Below, piece by piece: positions 1 through 12,383 of a stretch of 64,000 nt of DNA (within the stretch, counting starts at the first letter, position 1; each line of letters starts with the position of its first letter). The DNA is from Eukaryota sp. GEM-RC1 (taxonomy: Eukaryota): the NCBI GenBank assembly GCA_040285855.1, contig JAUFOQ010000005.1:1860001-1924000 (forward strand). The letters are read 5' to 3'. The translations under genes and the position numbers were made by a program. A model generated the notes under the pieces. The model was not told the origin of the DNA. It saw only the letters and a program-made list of their open reading frames with translations, and did not search any database.

Positions 1-567
1 AATTGGACAAATTGTCTTATTTTTTCACCAAAACTACAAAACGCGACGCACTGGGTACTTTTGGGGCAACAGTTTTCAACAATAAAACGTCATTGAAAAA
101 CTTACAAATGTCATAAACAATAAGACAATGTTGTCTACAGACTGTTTGTAAAATATGAAATGCAATAACAGAAAGTCCAGAAGCTTTCCAGATGGCAACT
201 TTATGATCAAGTTCGTTAAATTATCAGACAAAATAGGATTTGTCTCCGATATGTTGGACTAAGTGGAACTTCAATATGAAAGTTTTCCTTGAAATACGAT
301 GATTGTACTTGAGAAACTCTATCGTCATCAACAAAGCTAGTGCATACGAGAAAAGAGAAGTGTAGCAGAACTATAACGACAACGAAGTAATTGCTGATAA
401 ATATGCTTATCAGCGGATATTTTAGAAGGCTGTAAAATTTCTGGGTTTTTTTCAGGATTCTTCTATACTTCTTTGTTGAAGAAAAACAGGAATAATATCC
501 CATTTTCCTAATTTCAAAGAGATTGTGATGGAGTGAAAACCAACAGAAAAAAGAATAGACGCTTTTG

Positions 568-657
568 TGATGCTTGAATAAGAGAATACCTACTATGATT
601 TATGTAGGAAGGAAAAGACTAAAGTAAAAAGTACAATTCTACGATAAGCTACTATCA
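568..657 (-). repeat. 3' LTR (90 bp)
   Basis: TGATGCTTGAATAAG...GCTACTATCA, identical to 8241-8330; preceded on the minus strand by the purine tract GAAAGAGAAAAGAGCAA (658-674). Confidence 0.95.
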
Positions 658-730
658 TTGCTCTTTTCTCTTTCAAGGTCTCTCATGACCTTTGAAAAGG
701 GTAGCTATCGAGAATTGAAAGTAAGACTAA

Positions 731-905
731 TTATTTGAGAGAAGCCTTATACTTGGCGTAAGCAGAAGTCTTCTGCATGGTTGAGAAGGGTTCCCAGAAA
801 GTGGAGCCATCAATCCATTCTACTTGGACATAAGAACCATCCAAGTCAAGGATACGCTTGAGTACCGTCTCTTCGGCATCAAGGGCAGCTACAGCTTTCA
901 AATAC
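731..905 (-). CDS. Chromodomain-like C-terminus of the integrase (not in the ORF track)
   Basis: Manual translation: ALDAEETVLKRILDLDGSYVQVEWIDGSTFWEPFSTMQKTSAYAKYKASLK*, matching the chromodomain Y.V.W....TWEP pattern. Confidence 0.7.
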
Positions 906-981
906 TCCCTGTTAGAGGAACTAGAATGAAAATGCTTTTAAAGACGAGAAGAACAGGAGGTGGTGGTACCTGATATAAGAT

Positions 982-2151
982 TCAGGATCTCAACCTTAGT
1001 TGAGTTTGGGAAGGTTTTAACGACTTCAAAGGGCCTCGCCAACGTCCATGTAGACGTCGAGGTTTCTCCACAATTCGGAGAACAAGATCACCTTCCTTGA
1101 ACTCTGGAAGATCATGTACACCAGAAGTAAGCGAATTGATGTAGGCTTGTTGATTCTTCTCTGATTCTTCCCACTTAGCCAGCAGGCTATGGGTCTTGGC
1201 AGCAAGCTCATCGATGAGAGGTAACGTGGTAGTGGAGGCTTTGTGAGCTTTAAGGGATTCGAGCAAGGTTAAGGGTGGCTTTCTTGGGTCAATATCGGTG
1301 CCAAACATTAATTGCCAAGGAGCAAACTTCGTAATTGAGTGATGTTGGCTATTTACTAAGAGCTGAACTAAAGGAATTTGAGCGGACCAATTGTTGTGGT
1401 TGTTAGTGTCGAAAAGATTGCGAATCAAATGCTTGTTGATCTCACGGTTTCGTCTTTCAACAAGACCGTTTGATTCATGCAGATATGGAATACTGAAGGA
1501 CGTGGTAACATTCAAGAATGCACACAGTTCCTGAAAGACTTTGTTTGCGAATTCTGGCCCGTTATCAGAATGAACAGCAGCAGGGATTCCATAGTGGCAC
1601 ATAACATCTTGGATAAAAGCAAAGGCGCATTTCCTGGCTGTAGCTTTGGGCACAGCACTCAAGATCGTGTAACGCGTAAAGGCGTCTACAAATAAAACGA
1701 CTCTACTATTGCCTAGAGAGTCAGTTGGCATAACCAGAGTATCCATATGAAGGCATGCGAATGGTTTGTGAAAATACAAAGAGCCATTGTGAGGAGCAGT
1801 TTTCTGACAACTGTGTCAGCATTTAACGTGGTTCTTAAGATCATCTAGCATGTTCGGCCAGTAGTAATCTGACTTAGACAGGGCTTTCGAGCAATTGGAG
1901 AAAGTTTCGTGACCGACGCGGTCGTAACCATGGCAGTTGAGCAGTATTTCAGATCGAAGGGAAGCAGGGATAAGGAGTTTTCCATGTTTGTTAGTAAATA
2001 ATTTTAGTTCGTCATTCCAGAACTTTTCGTAGTTTCCGTTAGGCATTTCGAATTGTTGAGCGGTTCTTAATTTATTTAGCCATGGATGAGTTTCAGAATT
2101 GTCAGCAGTAATCGAGAAGGTTGGGCTTATCAGCAAGTCGTCTGGAATCAT
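982..2151 (-). pseudogene. Retrotransposon integrase (HHCC zinc finger plus rve DDE core), split by a stop
   Basis: CHGYDRVGH...YYWPNM...HVKC*; LHMD, VDAFTRY, HSDNGPEF, SNGLVERRN. Confidence 0.9.
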
Positions 2152-2175
2152 TGTGACTGAGTAAGAGTCAGAAGT

Positions 2176-3604
2176 TTAAGATTTATAAGATGATGAATCA
2201 TCTGAGTCTGGTAAAGGAGCATTAGGAATAAGTTTGAGGTCTGGGTGAGCAGGGGTAAGACGTGAAAGTAGGTTGGCGAATAAGTTATTTTCACCTTCTA
2301 CGTGAATAAGTTCAAAGTTAGAGTTACTGAGGAGAGCCATCCAGCGAGTAACAATCCTAGATTTCTCTGGTTGGTTAATAAGAAACACTAAATTCTTATG
2401 ATCACAGAAGATAGTGAGAAAACGAGCAAGTAAGAAGGAACCAAGTGCGGGTTGGTTAAGGGTATATATAAGAGCAAAAAGTTCTTTTTGAATGATTGGC
2501 CAATTTCGCTGGCTTGGAGACAAGAGTTTGGAGTAAAAAGAGATCGGTTCGAGTTTCTGAACCGCAAGAGGAGCGGTAGTTGGAGTGTTATCCAATTTTT
2601 TCCACACAACACCTGCTATGGGCAGTGTCTGATGCATCAGTTGAGATGATAATTTTGGCATCGGGATCCGGGAGGGCTAAGGTGGTTGACTGGCAGATCA
2701 ACTCTTTAATTCGGATGAAGGATTTAGTATGTAGAGTTGTCCATTTGGCTTTCACTGTTCTGCTGTCGTGGGGGTCTTTCTTGGTGAGTGCAGTTAAAGG
2801 AGCAAGAAGGGTAGATAGGCCTGGGATTCAATCGCGGAGATAATTGATAGATCCGATGAAGGAACGAAGATCACCAACTGATTTGGGTAGAGGCAGCTCG
2901 AGGATTGCAGCAATGCGAATAGGATCAATAGAGCGTTTACCGTTTTCAAAGATAGCTCCTAGAATTTAATTAGGGCTATCGTTAGAGATAAAGGAACACT
3001 TCTTTAAACCGAAACAAAGACGATGAGTCTTAGCACGGAAGAAGATTTCTTGGAGGGTTTTAAGAAAGGATTCAGGAGAGTTGGCTGTGACAATCACGTC
3101 GTCTAAGTAGATGAAGACATTTTCCATTTTGAGTATCTTGTTCATTACGTTCTGAAAGAACACAGGGACGTTCTTTAAGCCAAAGGCAGCACGTTTAAAG
3201 TAAATTTTGCGACCAGGTATAGCCAAGGTGGTTTTCATCCAGTCCTGTTCTCGAAGTTTAAGTTGCCAGAAATCCTTTGGCAAATCCAGCGTTGCAATAA
3301 ACCGAGCTTTCGAAAGAAACATGGATACATCTGTAATTCTTGGTAAAGCTGCTTGCAGTGGTTTGGTCAAGGAGTTTATCCCAGGTGAGCCAGAGTAGTC
3401 GTTTGTTAGTCTAGGGCGTTTGCCATCAGGATAAAGGATGAGCACGATAGGAGATGCGAAAGGACAATCACGGGGAGCTTCTTCTGCGAAGCCATCCTTT
3501 ATAAGTTCGTCAAATTGCTCGTTGGCTATGCGTAACTTTTCGGGGTTGAGGTGGCGGGCTGGTTTCTTGCAGGAAGCTGACTTGTCATAAAAAGGAATTG
3601 GCAT
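2176..3604 (-). pseudogene. Retrotransposon reverse transcriptase and RNase H, frameshifted
   Basis: ASPIVL, LDLPKDFWQ, FGLKNVP, YLDD; RNase H motifs PISFYSKLLSPSQRNWPIIQKELFAL, CDHKNL, NLFANLLSR. Confidence 0.93.
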
Positions 3605-3741
3605 TTCAGGGCAAGCGATTCCCTCGGGGTGGGGTTGGCCAAAAATACAAGAATATGAGTTCGTAAGAGCCTTTAGTTGATCAGCGAGGTCAGTTGGTAG
3701 TTCTGTGCGGCAAAGTGACAGTTCTTCACTGGAAAGTGAGT

Positions 3742-4176
3742 CTATGACAAGGTTAGGGTTTGATGGGGGATCGGTTTCGTTGAAATTATTTGTTCGTGAG
3801 GAGGACGGTTGAGTGATGAGGTGATCGAGGCAAGACTCAGCCTCAAGGATCTTTTGTGTTCCTTGTCTAGTCTAATGAGTAGGCTATTACTGGATAGAAG
3901 GCCTAATTTCTTGAGGATATCACACCCAATAAGAAACTGTTTCTTACCTGGTATAACCGGTATCGTGGTTTTAAGATGAACCTGAAAAGAAATGAGGCGG
4001 TCGAAACAGAAGGTGAGCATACAAGCAGCGTTACCTTGAGAAGGTACCTTTATACCATCATCAGCCATGGTAAACGAGAGATTCGATGGTGAAATACGGC
4101 AACTAGTGGCTTCAGCAATATCACTGGAAAAACATGAAGTTTGACAAACAGAGTCCAGTGTAGCCATAAATGGCAT
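3742..4176 (-). CDS. Retrotransposon aspartic protease (degenerate)
   Basis: ATLDSVCQTS (LDSG-like) and FLIGCDIL motifs; lies between gag and RT. Confidence 0.7.
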   Translation of the reverse strand: MPFMATLDSVCQTSCFSSDIAEATSCRISPSNLSFTMADDGIKVPSQGNAACMLTFCFDRLISFQVHLKTTIPVIPGKKQFLIGCDILKKLGLLSSNSLLIRLDKEHKRSLRLSLASITSSLNRPPHEQIISTKPIPHQTLTLS

Positions 4177-4468
4177 GTTATTATCTTTGAACTCTAGCTT
4201 GGCTTAGCTTTCCAAGAGGAAATCGTTGGAGGGAAGACAAGAAGGAACAGAAGAAGATGTTGTTCGACCTATTACTGAAAAAGAATTGGCATCACCACCA
4301 TCTATGCTTGCAGCAACTACCTCACGTCCCGTTCCCCACACTCGTCGCCCGAAGCAATAGGCGTCACCGTGTACCAGTACCTTGCCAGCGGTCGAATTAA
4401 CTCGACCACGAAGCGCAGAACTGTTTAATGTACCGGGAGCCCTCCTACGCGGAACCGTGACTTAAGAG

Positions 4469-5462
4469 CAGGGTTCTGTAATATTGAATTGCCAATTCAA
4501 TATTGCCAATAAATATGGACCAATATTGATTGGTTGCCGAAAAACCAATACCAATATATTGCCAATATTGATCAATATGGATGTTTGGGTATTTTGTCTC
4601 AAACATCTATGGGACAATGTATACGAGTGTCTGTAAGCTGTACATTAATTGAACTTCTTAGTACATATGAGCCAACCACTTACGTTATGAGAAAATCTGT
4701 CAATCCAATAGAAGAATTATATAGTTCAAACTTAACTTACTCTTACTATCTTTATGACGGACAATAAAACAATCTGTCTCACCTTTTATTCCCTTACATC
4801 CAAGAATTTGAGTCCGGTATCTTGAAAGTAATTGATGGAACCGAAAGTTTATTTACTACTCAAGAAAAGAACTATCTTCAGAAGTTTGAAATGGGGGAAA
4901 GTCCTGTCATTTTGTTTCCAGAACCAGAAAGTCAGGAAGGAGAGAAAGGAACGCTTTCTGAACGAGCCTCTCAATTATCACAGACCAGAAGAACTGCCAA
5001 TAGAAAATATCAAGATTTGACTTGGATTCCAGCCACTTCTGTGGAGGTTGAGAGACTTTTTCCAAAGTCAAACTTGCAGTTGGAATGACTCGCTTTTCTT
5101 TATCCAATAGCAGATTGAAAGCTCAACTTAGGTTGCATTACAACAGAAGTCTTTGGAATGTTGGAACTGTTCGTAAAGCTTGTTGAATACGATTAATCAA
5201 TGTTAATCTACAGAAGTCTTTAGTTTTTTTTTCTGGATTAGTATGTATTATATTATAATTATTGTTGCAAGTACACTCTTCATTGGTTTTACAGTAGTAG
5301 TTTATTGTTTTATGCATTTTAGAAGTAGATCTTGATAAAGCTACTTCATATACTAGGTTTAACTATATTGGCAATATTGGCAATATATTGGTCGATACCA
5401 ATATTGATTGGAAGGTCAAAAACCAATACCAATATATTGCAATACAATATTACAGAGCCCTG
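4469..5462 (+). mobile_element. Non-autonomous hAT element nested in the LTR element
   Basis: TIRs CAGGG(T/C)TCTGTAATATTG; perfect 8-bp TSD CTTAAGAG (4461-4468, 5463-5470); CAATAT subterminal repeats; hAT dimerisation remnant YQDLTWIPATSVEVERLF (4822-5088). Confidence 0.93.
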
Positions 5463-5463
5463 C

Positions 5464-6417
5464 TTAAGAGGAGTTAACTGCAGGCAAGAGGAGATCAGCT
5501 TCTTCTGGAGAGATAGATGAATTGACTTCAACACTGGATTCAGACAGAGAGACGGTGAAAGTGTTGGAGTTTGGCAAGGGTGAGTGAAGGAACTGACAGG
5601 GTTCAAAGTCGAACGAAATAGATGTCTCATCATCTGAAGAGTCGGGTAAAGGAGCAGATTCAACCACAAAGTTCGTTTGTTTACTACTACGAGTAGCATG
5701 ACTCTTTGAGAAAGTAGGGTTGCGGGGATTGTAGGTCTTGATTGTTGGTTTCCAGGGGTTTAGGGGGTTGAATATTCTGAGCAGAGACATTGGGGGAGGA
5801 AATTTGAGAAGGGTTCGCAGAGTTCTTGAAATGTTGTGATCTTCGGCATTTGGGGTCACGGCAGTACTCAATCGTGTGCCCAGGCTTCTTACAGAAGGAG
5901 CAAAATCTACCATTCTTATTGGAGGTAGCTGAAGAGTTGGGATGATGAGACCTGTTTTGGGGTTCAAAGTTTCCAGCAGGGTTGTTGTTGGTTGAGTTAT
6001 TTTGAGGATAAACTAAGTTTTTGTTGTTGGAGTAAAGTTTTAGAGTGTCAAAGAGTTCGGATGTACGAGCAATAACTTCGGAAATGGAATCAAGGGAGGA
6101 GCAATGAATTTCATCAAAGATGATGTTTTGGATAGAGCGGGGCTGAATACCACGAGCAAAATGTTCCAGAACTTTAAAGTTGCTGGGCAAAAATAAACGA
6201 CATCGAGAGAGAGTTTGTCTGAAAGCAAGGAAATACTGAGACAGGCGGAGATTTGGATTGTTTAGAGTGGAATCCATGGAGAGTGAACGTAGTAATGAGC
6301 GAGCTTCAGTAGCGTTTTGACATAAGGTCTTGTCAATAAGAAAGTCCCATAGGTCGGGTTGGGAAGAAAGAGAATGAGGTGAGAGAATGCGGATAAGGTC
6401 TCAAACTTCATTGGAGA
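5464..6417 (-). CDS. gag C-terminal part with CCHC zinc knuckle
   Basis: ORF 5687-6277 contains CSFCKKPGHTIEYC; lies between the two nested insertions. Confidence 0.8.
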
Positions 6418-6419
6418 TA

Positions 6420-7587
6420 CTGTCAGGCGCCAAATAGTACCCCGGGTCACTAAATTATAGCCCCACCCCCAAACTGGGTCACTATTAGGAGGGGGTCACT
6501 ATTAGGATCCTTTTGTCTTTGTTCATAAATGACCCATAAAACAACTTTTATATTTCAATATAACTCTAGTCAAAGACTGCAACAACATCATTATCCATCC
6601 CCAAATTCAATGAATTGTTGAGTTGAAGAAGGTCATCGATGTCATCATCAGACGATGAATCCAAATCGATTACTTCCTCCTCATCACTTGATGAATATGG
6701 TAATAATGCATCGAAACTATTGATATCTAAGTGAGGACGGATTGATGAATGGCGAGAAATCAATAAGGTCTGCGAAGGCCCTAGAAAAGACACTTGAAAA
6801 GATTTTGATATTACTTCACTCTTTAACTTGTCCAACGACTCTTTCATCCATTTTGCCATATCGTTAGCCAAAGGTGCTCTAACTCGATTGGAGGTCGTTA
6901 CAGGTGCAGTCTCCAACCATTCTTCAATACAATTCCTGATAGTTGCTTTCATAGGTTTGAACCAACTGACGTCTGCTGGCTGTAATAATCCAGTTAAACC
7001 ACCGAGAATCAAAACATAGTTGAACCCCCTTTCCTTGAGATAAGCCTTGACCTTCTTACTTCGATGGGCAGGAGCTGAATCAAATACCAATAGCATTCTG
7101 TTGGCAGCAGCCTTACTGGTCAATGGAAACATTAACTGCAGATATTTGATGAATAAATCTCCATTCATCAAAGATGATTCTCTTTTCAAGATAAAGCAGC
7201 CTTCTTCTCTATTGGTTCTGTTTCCTGATCTTTGTGCTATAATGGCAGGAGTTTTTTCACTCCTAGAGCGTTAGCCATAACGATTCCGGTCAAACGTACC
7301 TTTGCGAGACCTGTAGACTTAACAACAACAATCTTTTGGTCAATAAAATCAATTGTTCTTGATTCATTTGGTTCACAAAATATGGCAGTTTCATCACAGT
7401 TCCAAATACCACTATTAAATCTGAATCTAATCGTATATTCTTTTTATTGACATAAGACTGTTTTTATCACCCATTTGTGTGATCTTGATCAACACTGGGG
7501 CACTAAATTATAGCCCCACCCCTAAAGTGGGTCACTATTAGGAGGGGGGCACTATTAGGAGGTGGGTCACTAATTGGTGCCTGACAG
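6420..7587 (-). mobile_element. pogo/Tigger-like (DDE_1) DNA transposon derivative nested in gag
   Basis: TIRs CTGTCAGGC(G/A)CCAA(A/T)TAGT flanked by TA (6418-6419, 7588-7589). ORF 6566-7189 has LVFDSAPAH and GGLTGLLQPADVSWFKPMK. Confidence 0.9.
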
Positions 7588-7589
7588 TA

Positions 7590-8226
7590 TAATAGTGGAA
7601 GTTGATAGGCATGGTTGGATCGGACATAAAAAACTCGAGGTGGTCTAGAGTGACTGAAGAAGAGCAGGCATGAGAAGGCCTTGAGGTGGAGGAACTGGAA
7701 GGAGCGGTAGGAACGTCTTGCATGACAGGAGGAGAGGTGTCTAATTCGTTCAGAGCATCGATGAGTTTTTGCTCATCGGAAATTTATTCTCGAGAAGGGT
7801 ACGAAGGTTCCTGGCGGCAGTTTTAATTACAGCGTTCCATGCCTCCGAATCTTTCGGAAGCAATGTTTTGAATACTACCTTGACTAAGGACAGTATTTCG
7901 GCGGCAGCATGTTCATCTAGTTGGGTGCTCTTCAGTGAATCGACTTTAGAGCTCATACTAGGAGAACCAACTGCAGGGCGTTCGGTAGGCAGCTCAGATG
8001 GGTCGGAAGAATCTCGAAGGAAGACAGAGATCTTCCACAGAAAAGCAGAAACAGCACCTGGGGTTAGGCAAGTGAGGGAGGGCGGAACGGCGACAGCGGT
8101 GGTCGTGAGGCCAAGGGCGGAACCATAGGCGGAAGCATAACTCTGGGCGGAACCAGAAGACCTTGAAGATTGTAACCTGGAAGGAGTAGTACGGGAGTTG
8201 AACATATCGAAGTAGGCTATTTCCAA
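7590..8226 (-). CDS. gag N-terminal part
   Basis: ORF 7750-8226 begins just downstream of the 5' LTR; positional assignment only. Confidence 0.55.
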
Positions 8227-8240
8227 AAGCCAATACGTAT

Positions 8241-8330
8241 TGATGCTTGAATAAGAGAATACCTACTATGATTTATGTAGGAAGGAAAAGACTAAAGTAA
8301 AAAGTACAATTCTACGATAAGCTACTATCA
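8241..8330 (-). repeat. 5' LTR (90 bp)
   Basis: Identical to 568-657; upstream of gag on the minus strand. Confidence 0.95.
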
Positions 8331-8710
8331 TTTGGACTAAGTTGATTCGGAATTTTGATGTGAGGTCTAAGAGAATCAAGTGATGCACATTCAAGACATA
8401 AAGTAGTACCTTCAGAAAGTCACACTACAAAGTTTGCAGATTTTTTGAGTAGCATTGGGCAAAACTTCAGGGGCCAAGGCTGAAGATTATTCGCTTTACG
8501 TTTAGGCCAAATGGTCTTAGTAATCTAATTTGTCTGATTTTATGTGGAATACTTTACTTTGTTCATTTTTGGCAAGTAAATGTTGATCAAAACTAAAAAA
8601 TCAATAAGTATTTCTAGAAAAGACTCTTCTGTGGATCATGTAAGATTTCATGAAACCCAGCTTACATTAAAAGCATAAAAAACGACAACTTTATAAACAA
8701 TTAACCAAAT

Positions 8711-10300
8711 CTATCCATAAACAGAAAATCTGTTCGACTTAATCAAAGAAGACTTCACGTCATTAATAAACTCCCGATCACCTAACAACTGCTCTAGAGG
8801 ATGATGAATTCTATATCTCCAATAATGCCATCTTTCAGAAGGAACATTAATCTGTTCCAACTCAGGATCTCCCTTCGTAATCTATCAGAAATACTAATCA
8901 AATCTTGAACTAAAAAAATGGTCCACATTGACCTTCCATAGATATGCTGCTGAAACACTCTCATTGCAATGTCCGAGGCTCCAGGAATCTCATGAACTCC
9001 CAGAATATTACTACAGAAACGTTGTAGACGATCTCTGTCCTCTAAGCACCAGTGCTGGAGAGAAGGCATATCGTGAGTAGAAGGAGATGAGACAGTCATC
9101 CAATTGTAGAGTTGAGGATCGTCTGGATGACCAAACTCTTTCTTAGGGTTGGGAGGCATTCGTTGAATTCTAAGACCAAGAATACGTAAATCTTCTAGAG
9201 TTTCCTCGACACACGCAGGAACTACACCAAGATCCTCTCCACATACAAGCATGTCATGACAATGAGCAATTTGAGGTAGTTTACGGTAAGCAGAGGACTT
9301 CCAAACGTCATTCTGGATAGTTCTGTAGCAGTAGAGCTCATGGATAGTGGAAATGATAGCTTGATCACCAGGAGAAAGATGTCTAAAGCTTGTTGTCTTC
9401 TTGGCATCAAACAAAGGATAGTAGAACACCTGTCCATGTTCTTCTTCTTCAATTAAGACTCGTTCATTCCATAAACTAAGCAGTTTGTTCTTCCAATCAA
9501 AGTATTTAGACTCCAACATATACTTGTCTTGGTCAGGATTCTCCTTAACTTCCTTTGCCAAATCCTTGTCCAATTTACTTAGCATTGCTAGTTCTGAGAC
9601 CAGTAGTTCAGGTTTAAACTGGAGTCTATCATGTTGATGAATGAAGTAACGACCTTGGACTTCGTCCTTGTCGAAGCCGAACCATTTACCAAGGATATCT
9701 TCAGTAACATAGGGAAGAGAGAGACGTTCAAAGTCCCAGAGGCCATATTGATTTCTTAAATCACTTTCGGAAAACTTGATTGTAGGCTCAAAACGACCCA
9801 TGATTGCAGTCTTCGCATCAGCTCTAATCTCCCAGATCCTAAACAATCCAATGACGTGATCAATTCTAAAAGCATGGAAGTAAATTGACATGTGCTTCAT
9901 TCTAGTTGTCCACCAAGCTAGAGGATCACTCTTTGACAGCATTACATCGAAATCATAAGGAAGGAAAAGCCAGTTCTGACCAGTGGCAGAGAAGGGATCA
10001 GGAGGAGCTCCGATTGACCTGTCAAGTTTGTACTCATCTTGATCTTTCCAAGCATCTACTGAGTTTCTATCAACTCCAATGGGAATATCACCTTTAACAC
10101 AGACTCCGTGCTTAGCTGCATACTGAGTAGCTTCTAAGAGCTGTAAATGAAGGTTATACTGCGTGAAGAAGACTAGGAGAATGTCCTTGTAAGCAGCAAG
10201 ATCTGGAGAACAAAACGACTGAATCTTTTCCATTGTAAGGTCAGTAGTGTGTTCCTTGGGCCAGTTCTCCCACTTAGGTTCATTGTTGATCTTTCTAAAG
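8711..10300 (-). pseudogene. DPE2: 4-alpha-glucanotransferase (GH77, DPE2-like), 5'-truncated, with one frameshift near the 3' end
   Basis: KGDIPIGV, GAPPDPFSATGQNW, FRIDHVIG, CGEDLG, STHDM motifs. True C-terminus (DPELEQINVPSERWHYWRYR...SVYG*) continues in another frame to a TAG at 8711. Coding sequence breaks off near 10300. Confidence 0.9.
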
Positions 10301-10422
10301 TAGAGGAGTGTTAGGTATTTGTTAGGGGTTTGATTCCTGTACCAAGTTGATGTAGCTTGAGAATAATGTATATCTCAACATGAAGATATGGAAATATTCA
10401 TATTCTCATTTATCCATCATCA

Positions 10423-12383
10423 ATGGTCACACCTCGCCCTAAATCTCTGCTGAAAGAAAGTCTTTCATCCTCCAGTTTCGCCCCTTTTGTGATTTCTAAC
10501 TGTGACGCACTGTCTGTATTGTCTTCATCCACACATCCTCCTTTTAAACCTGTCCATGTTCAGCAGACTTTGTTGATTCTTATTCATCTCCACTTGTTGA
10601 AACGTCTTCTTAACCGTACTTTCGAAGATAATCATGATCGAACTAATCCTCTACTCACTGCTTTGAAAAGAGGTATACCTGCATTCTTTGGACAAGTTGG
10701 CTATGTAAGTAATCACTTCCTTGATTCTTCATTACAAGCAGTTAAAGTCTATTTTCAACTACACACTTCTCCTGCTGATCTTGAACACCTTCCCAAACTA
10801 ATTTCACTTGCTGCTTTCTTTGGAGCAGATCTACAATCTGTTTTCTTGCACGCTGATGGAACCTTAGAAATTGAGAAATTTCTTAATTATTCTAGTATAA
10901 TTGCAGGATTGAGAATCAAAATAAGGGAACCCTCTGATTTAGAGTTTCTAAACAATTCTTCTTCTTTATTTCCACGTCTGAAGCAGCTAGAAGTAGAAGT
11001 GATCGAACGCACCTCTATTTCTATGTTATTGATTGAAGCGTTGAAACCCAATACTTTAGTTACAAGTGTTAATCTGGGGGCAACTCTATTGGAGCTGAAG
11101 GTGCCAAAGCTTTGGCTGAGGCGTTGAAAGTTAATGCTTCACTTACAATTGTTAATCTGGGTAACAACTCTCTTGGAAATGAAGGTGCCAAAGCTTTGGC
11201 TGGGGCGTTGAAAGTTAACTCTACAGTTACAAGTGTTGGTCTAAGTGATAACTATATTGGAGCTGACGGTGCCAGAGCTTTGGAAGGTGCGTTGAAAGTT
11301 AAGTCTTCAGTTACAAGTATTGATCTAAGTTTCAACTCTATTGGAGCTGAAGGTGCCAGAGCATTGGCAGAGGCCTTGAAAGTGAACGCTTCAGTTACAA
11401 GTATTAATCTGTGTCAAAACTCTATTGGAGCTGAAGGTGCAGAAGCTTTGGCAGATGCGTTGAAAGTGAATGCTTCAGTTGCAAGTGTTAATCTGTGTCT
11501 AAACTCTATTGGAGCTGAAGGTGCAGAAGCTTTGGCAGAGGCGTTGAAAGTGAATGATTCAGTTGCAAGTTTTGCTCTCAGTTGGAACTCTATTAGAGAT
11601 GAAGGTGCCAGAGCTTTGGCAGATGCGTTGAAAGTTAATACTTCAGTTACAAGTGTTTATCTGTGTCAAAACTCTATTGAAGCTGACGGTGGCAGAGCTT
11701 TGGCAGAGGCGTTGCAAGGCAATGCTTCAGTTACAAGTATTAATCTAAGTGAAAACTCTGTCGGAGCTGACGGTGCCAGAGCATTTGCAGAGTCCTTGAA
11801 AGTTAATGCTTCAGTTACAAGTATTAATCTAAGTGACAACTCTCTTGGAGCTGAAGGTGCCAGATCATTTGCAGAGGCTTTGAAAGTTAATACTTCAATT
11901 ACAAGTATTAATCTAAGTGACAACTCTCTTGGAGCTGAAGGTGCCAGAGCATTTGCAGAGGCTTTGAAAGTTAATACTTCAATTACAAATGTTGGTCTGG
12001 GTGGAAACTCTATTCGAGATGAAGGTGTCAGATCTTTGGCGGAGGCGCTAAAAGTTAATACTTCAATTACAAATGTTGGTCTAGGTGGAAACTCTATTCG
12101 AGATGAAGGTGTCAGATCTTTGGCGGAGGCGCTGAAAGTTAATACTTCAGTTACAAGTGTTAATCTGAAGTGCAACTCCATTGGAGCTGAAGGTGCCAGG
12201 GCATTTGCAGAGGCTTTGAAAGTTAATGCTTCAATTACAAATGTTGGTCTAGGTGGAAACTCTATTGGAACTGAAGGTGTCAGAGCTTTGGCACAATTGT
12301 TGCAAGCTAATGATTTAGTTAACATTTTCAATTACGACCTTAATTTAGATGATTTGGGGTATATTTCTGAAGATGATGAATAA
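10423..12383 (+). CDS. LRR family gene A: conserved N-terminal domain plus about 15 RI-like 28-aa LRRs; one frameshift in a G run near 11076-11080
   Basis: 84-bp repeats encoding SIG.EGARALAEALKVN.SVTS..L..N; N-terminal domain shared with five paralogs in the window. Confidence 0.88.

Larger units (their letters stand above)
568..8330 (-). mobile_element. Ty3/Gypsy (chromovirus-type) LTR retrotransposon, full length, with two nested DNA transposons
   Basis: Identical 90-bp TG...CA direct repeats at 568-657 and 8241-8330. 4-bp TSD TTTG at 564-567 and 8331-8334. Minus-strand order gag-PR-RT-RNaseH-integrase-chromodomain. Polypurine tract next to the 3' LTR. Confidence 0.95.

Noticed and set aside
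11112..12300. 84-bp periodic repeats with short variable segments resembling a CRISPR array
   Set aside because: They are in-frame protein-coding LRRs; the variable part is only a few codons; no cas genes; eukaryotic context.
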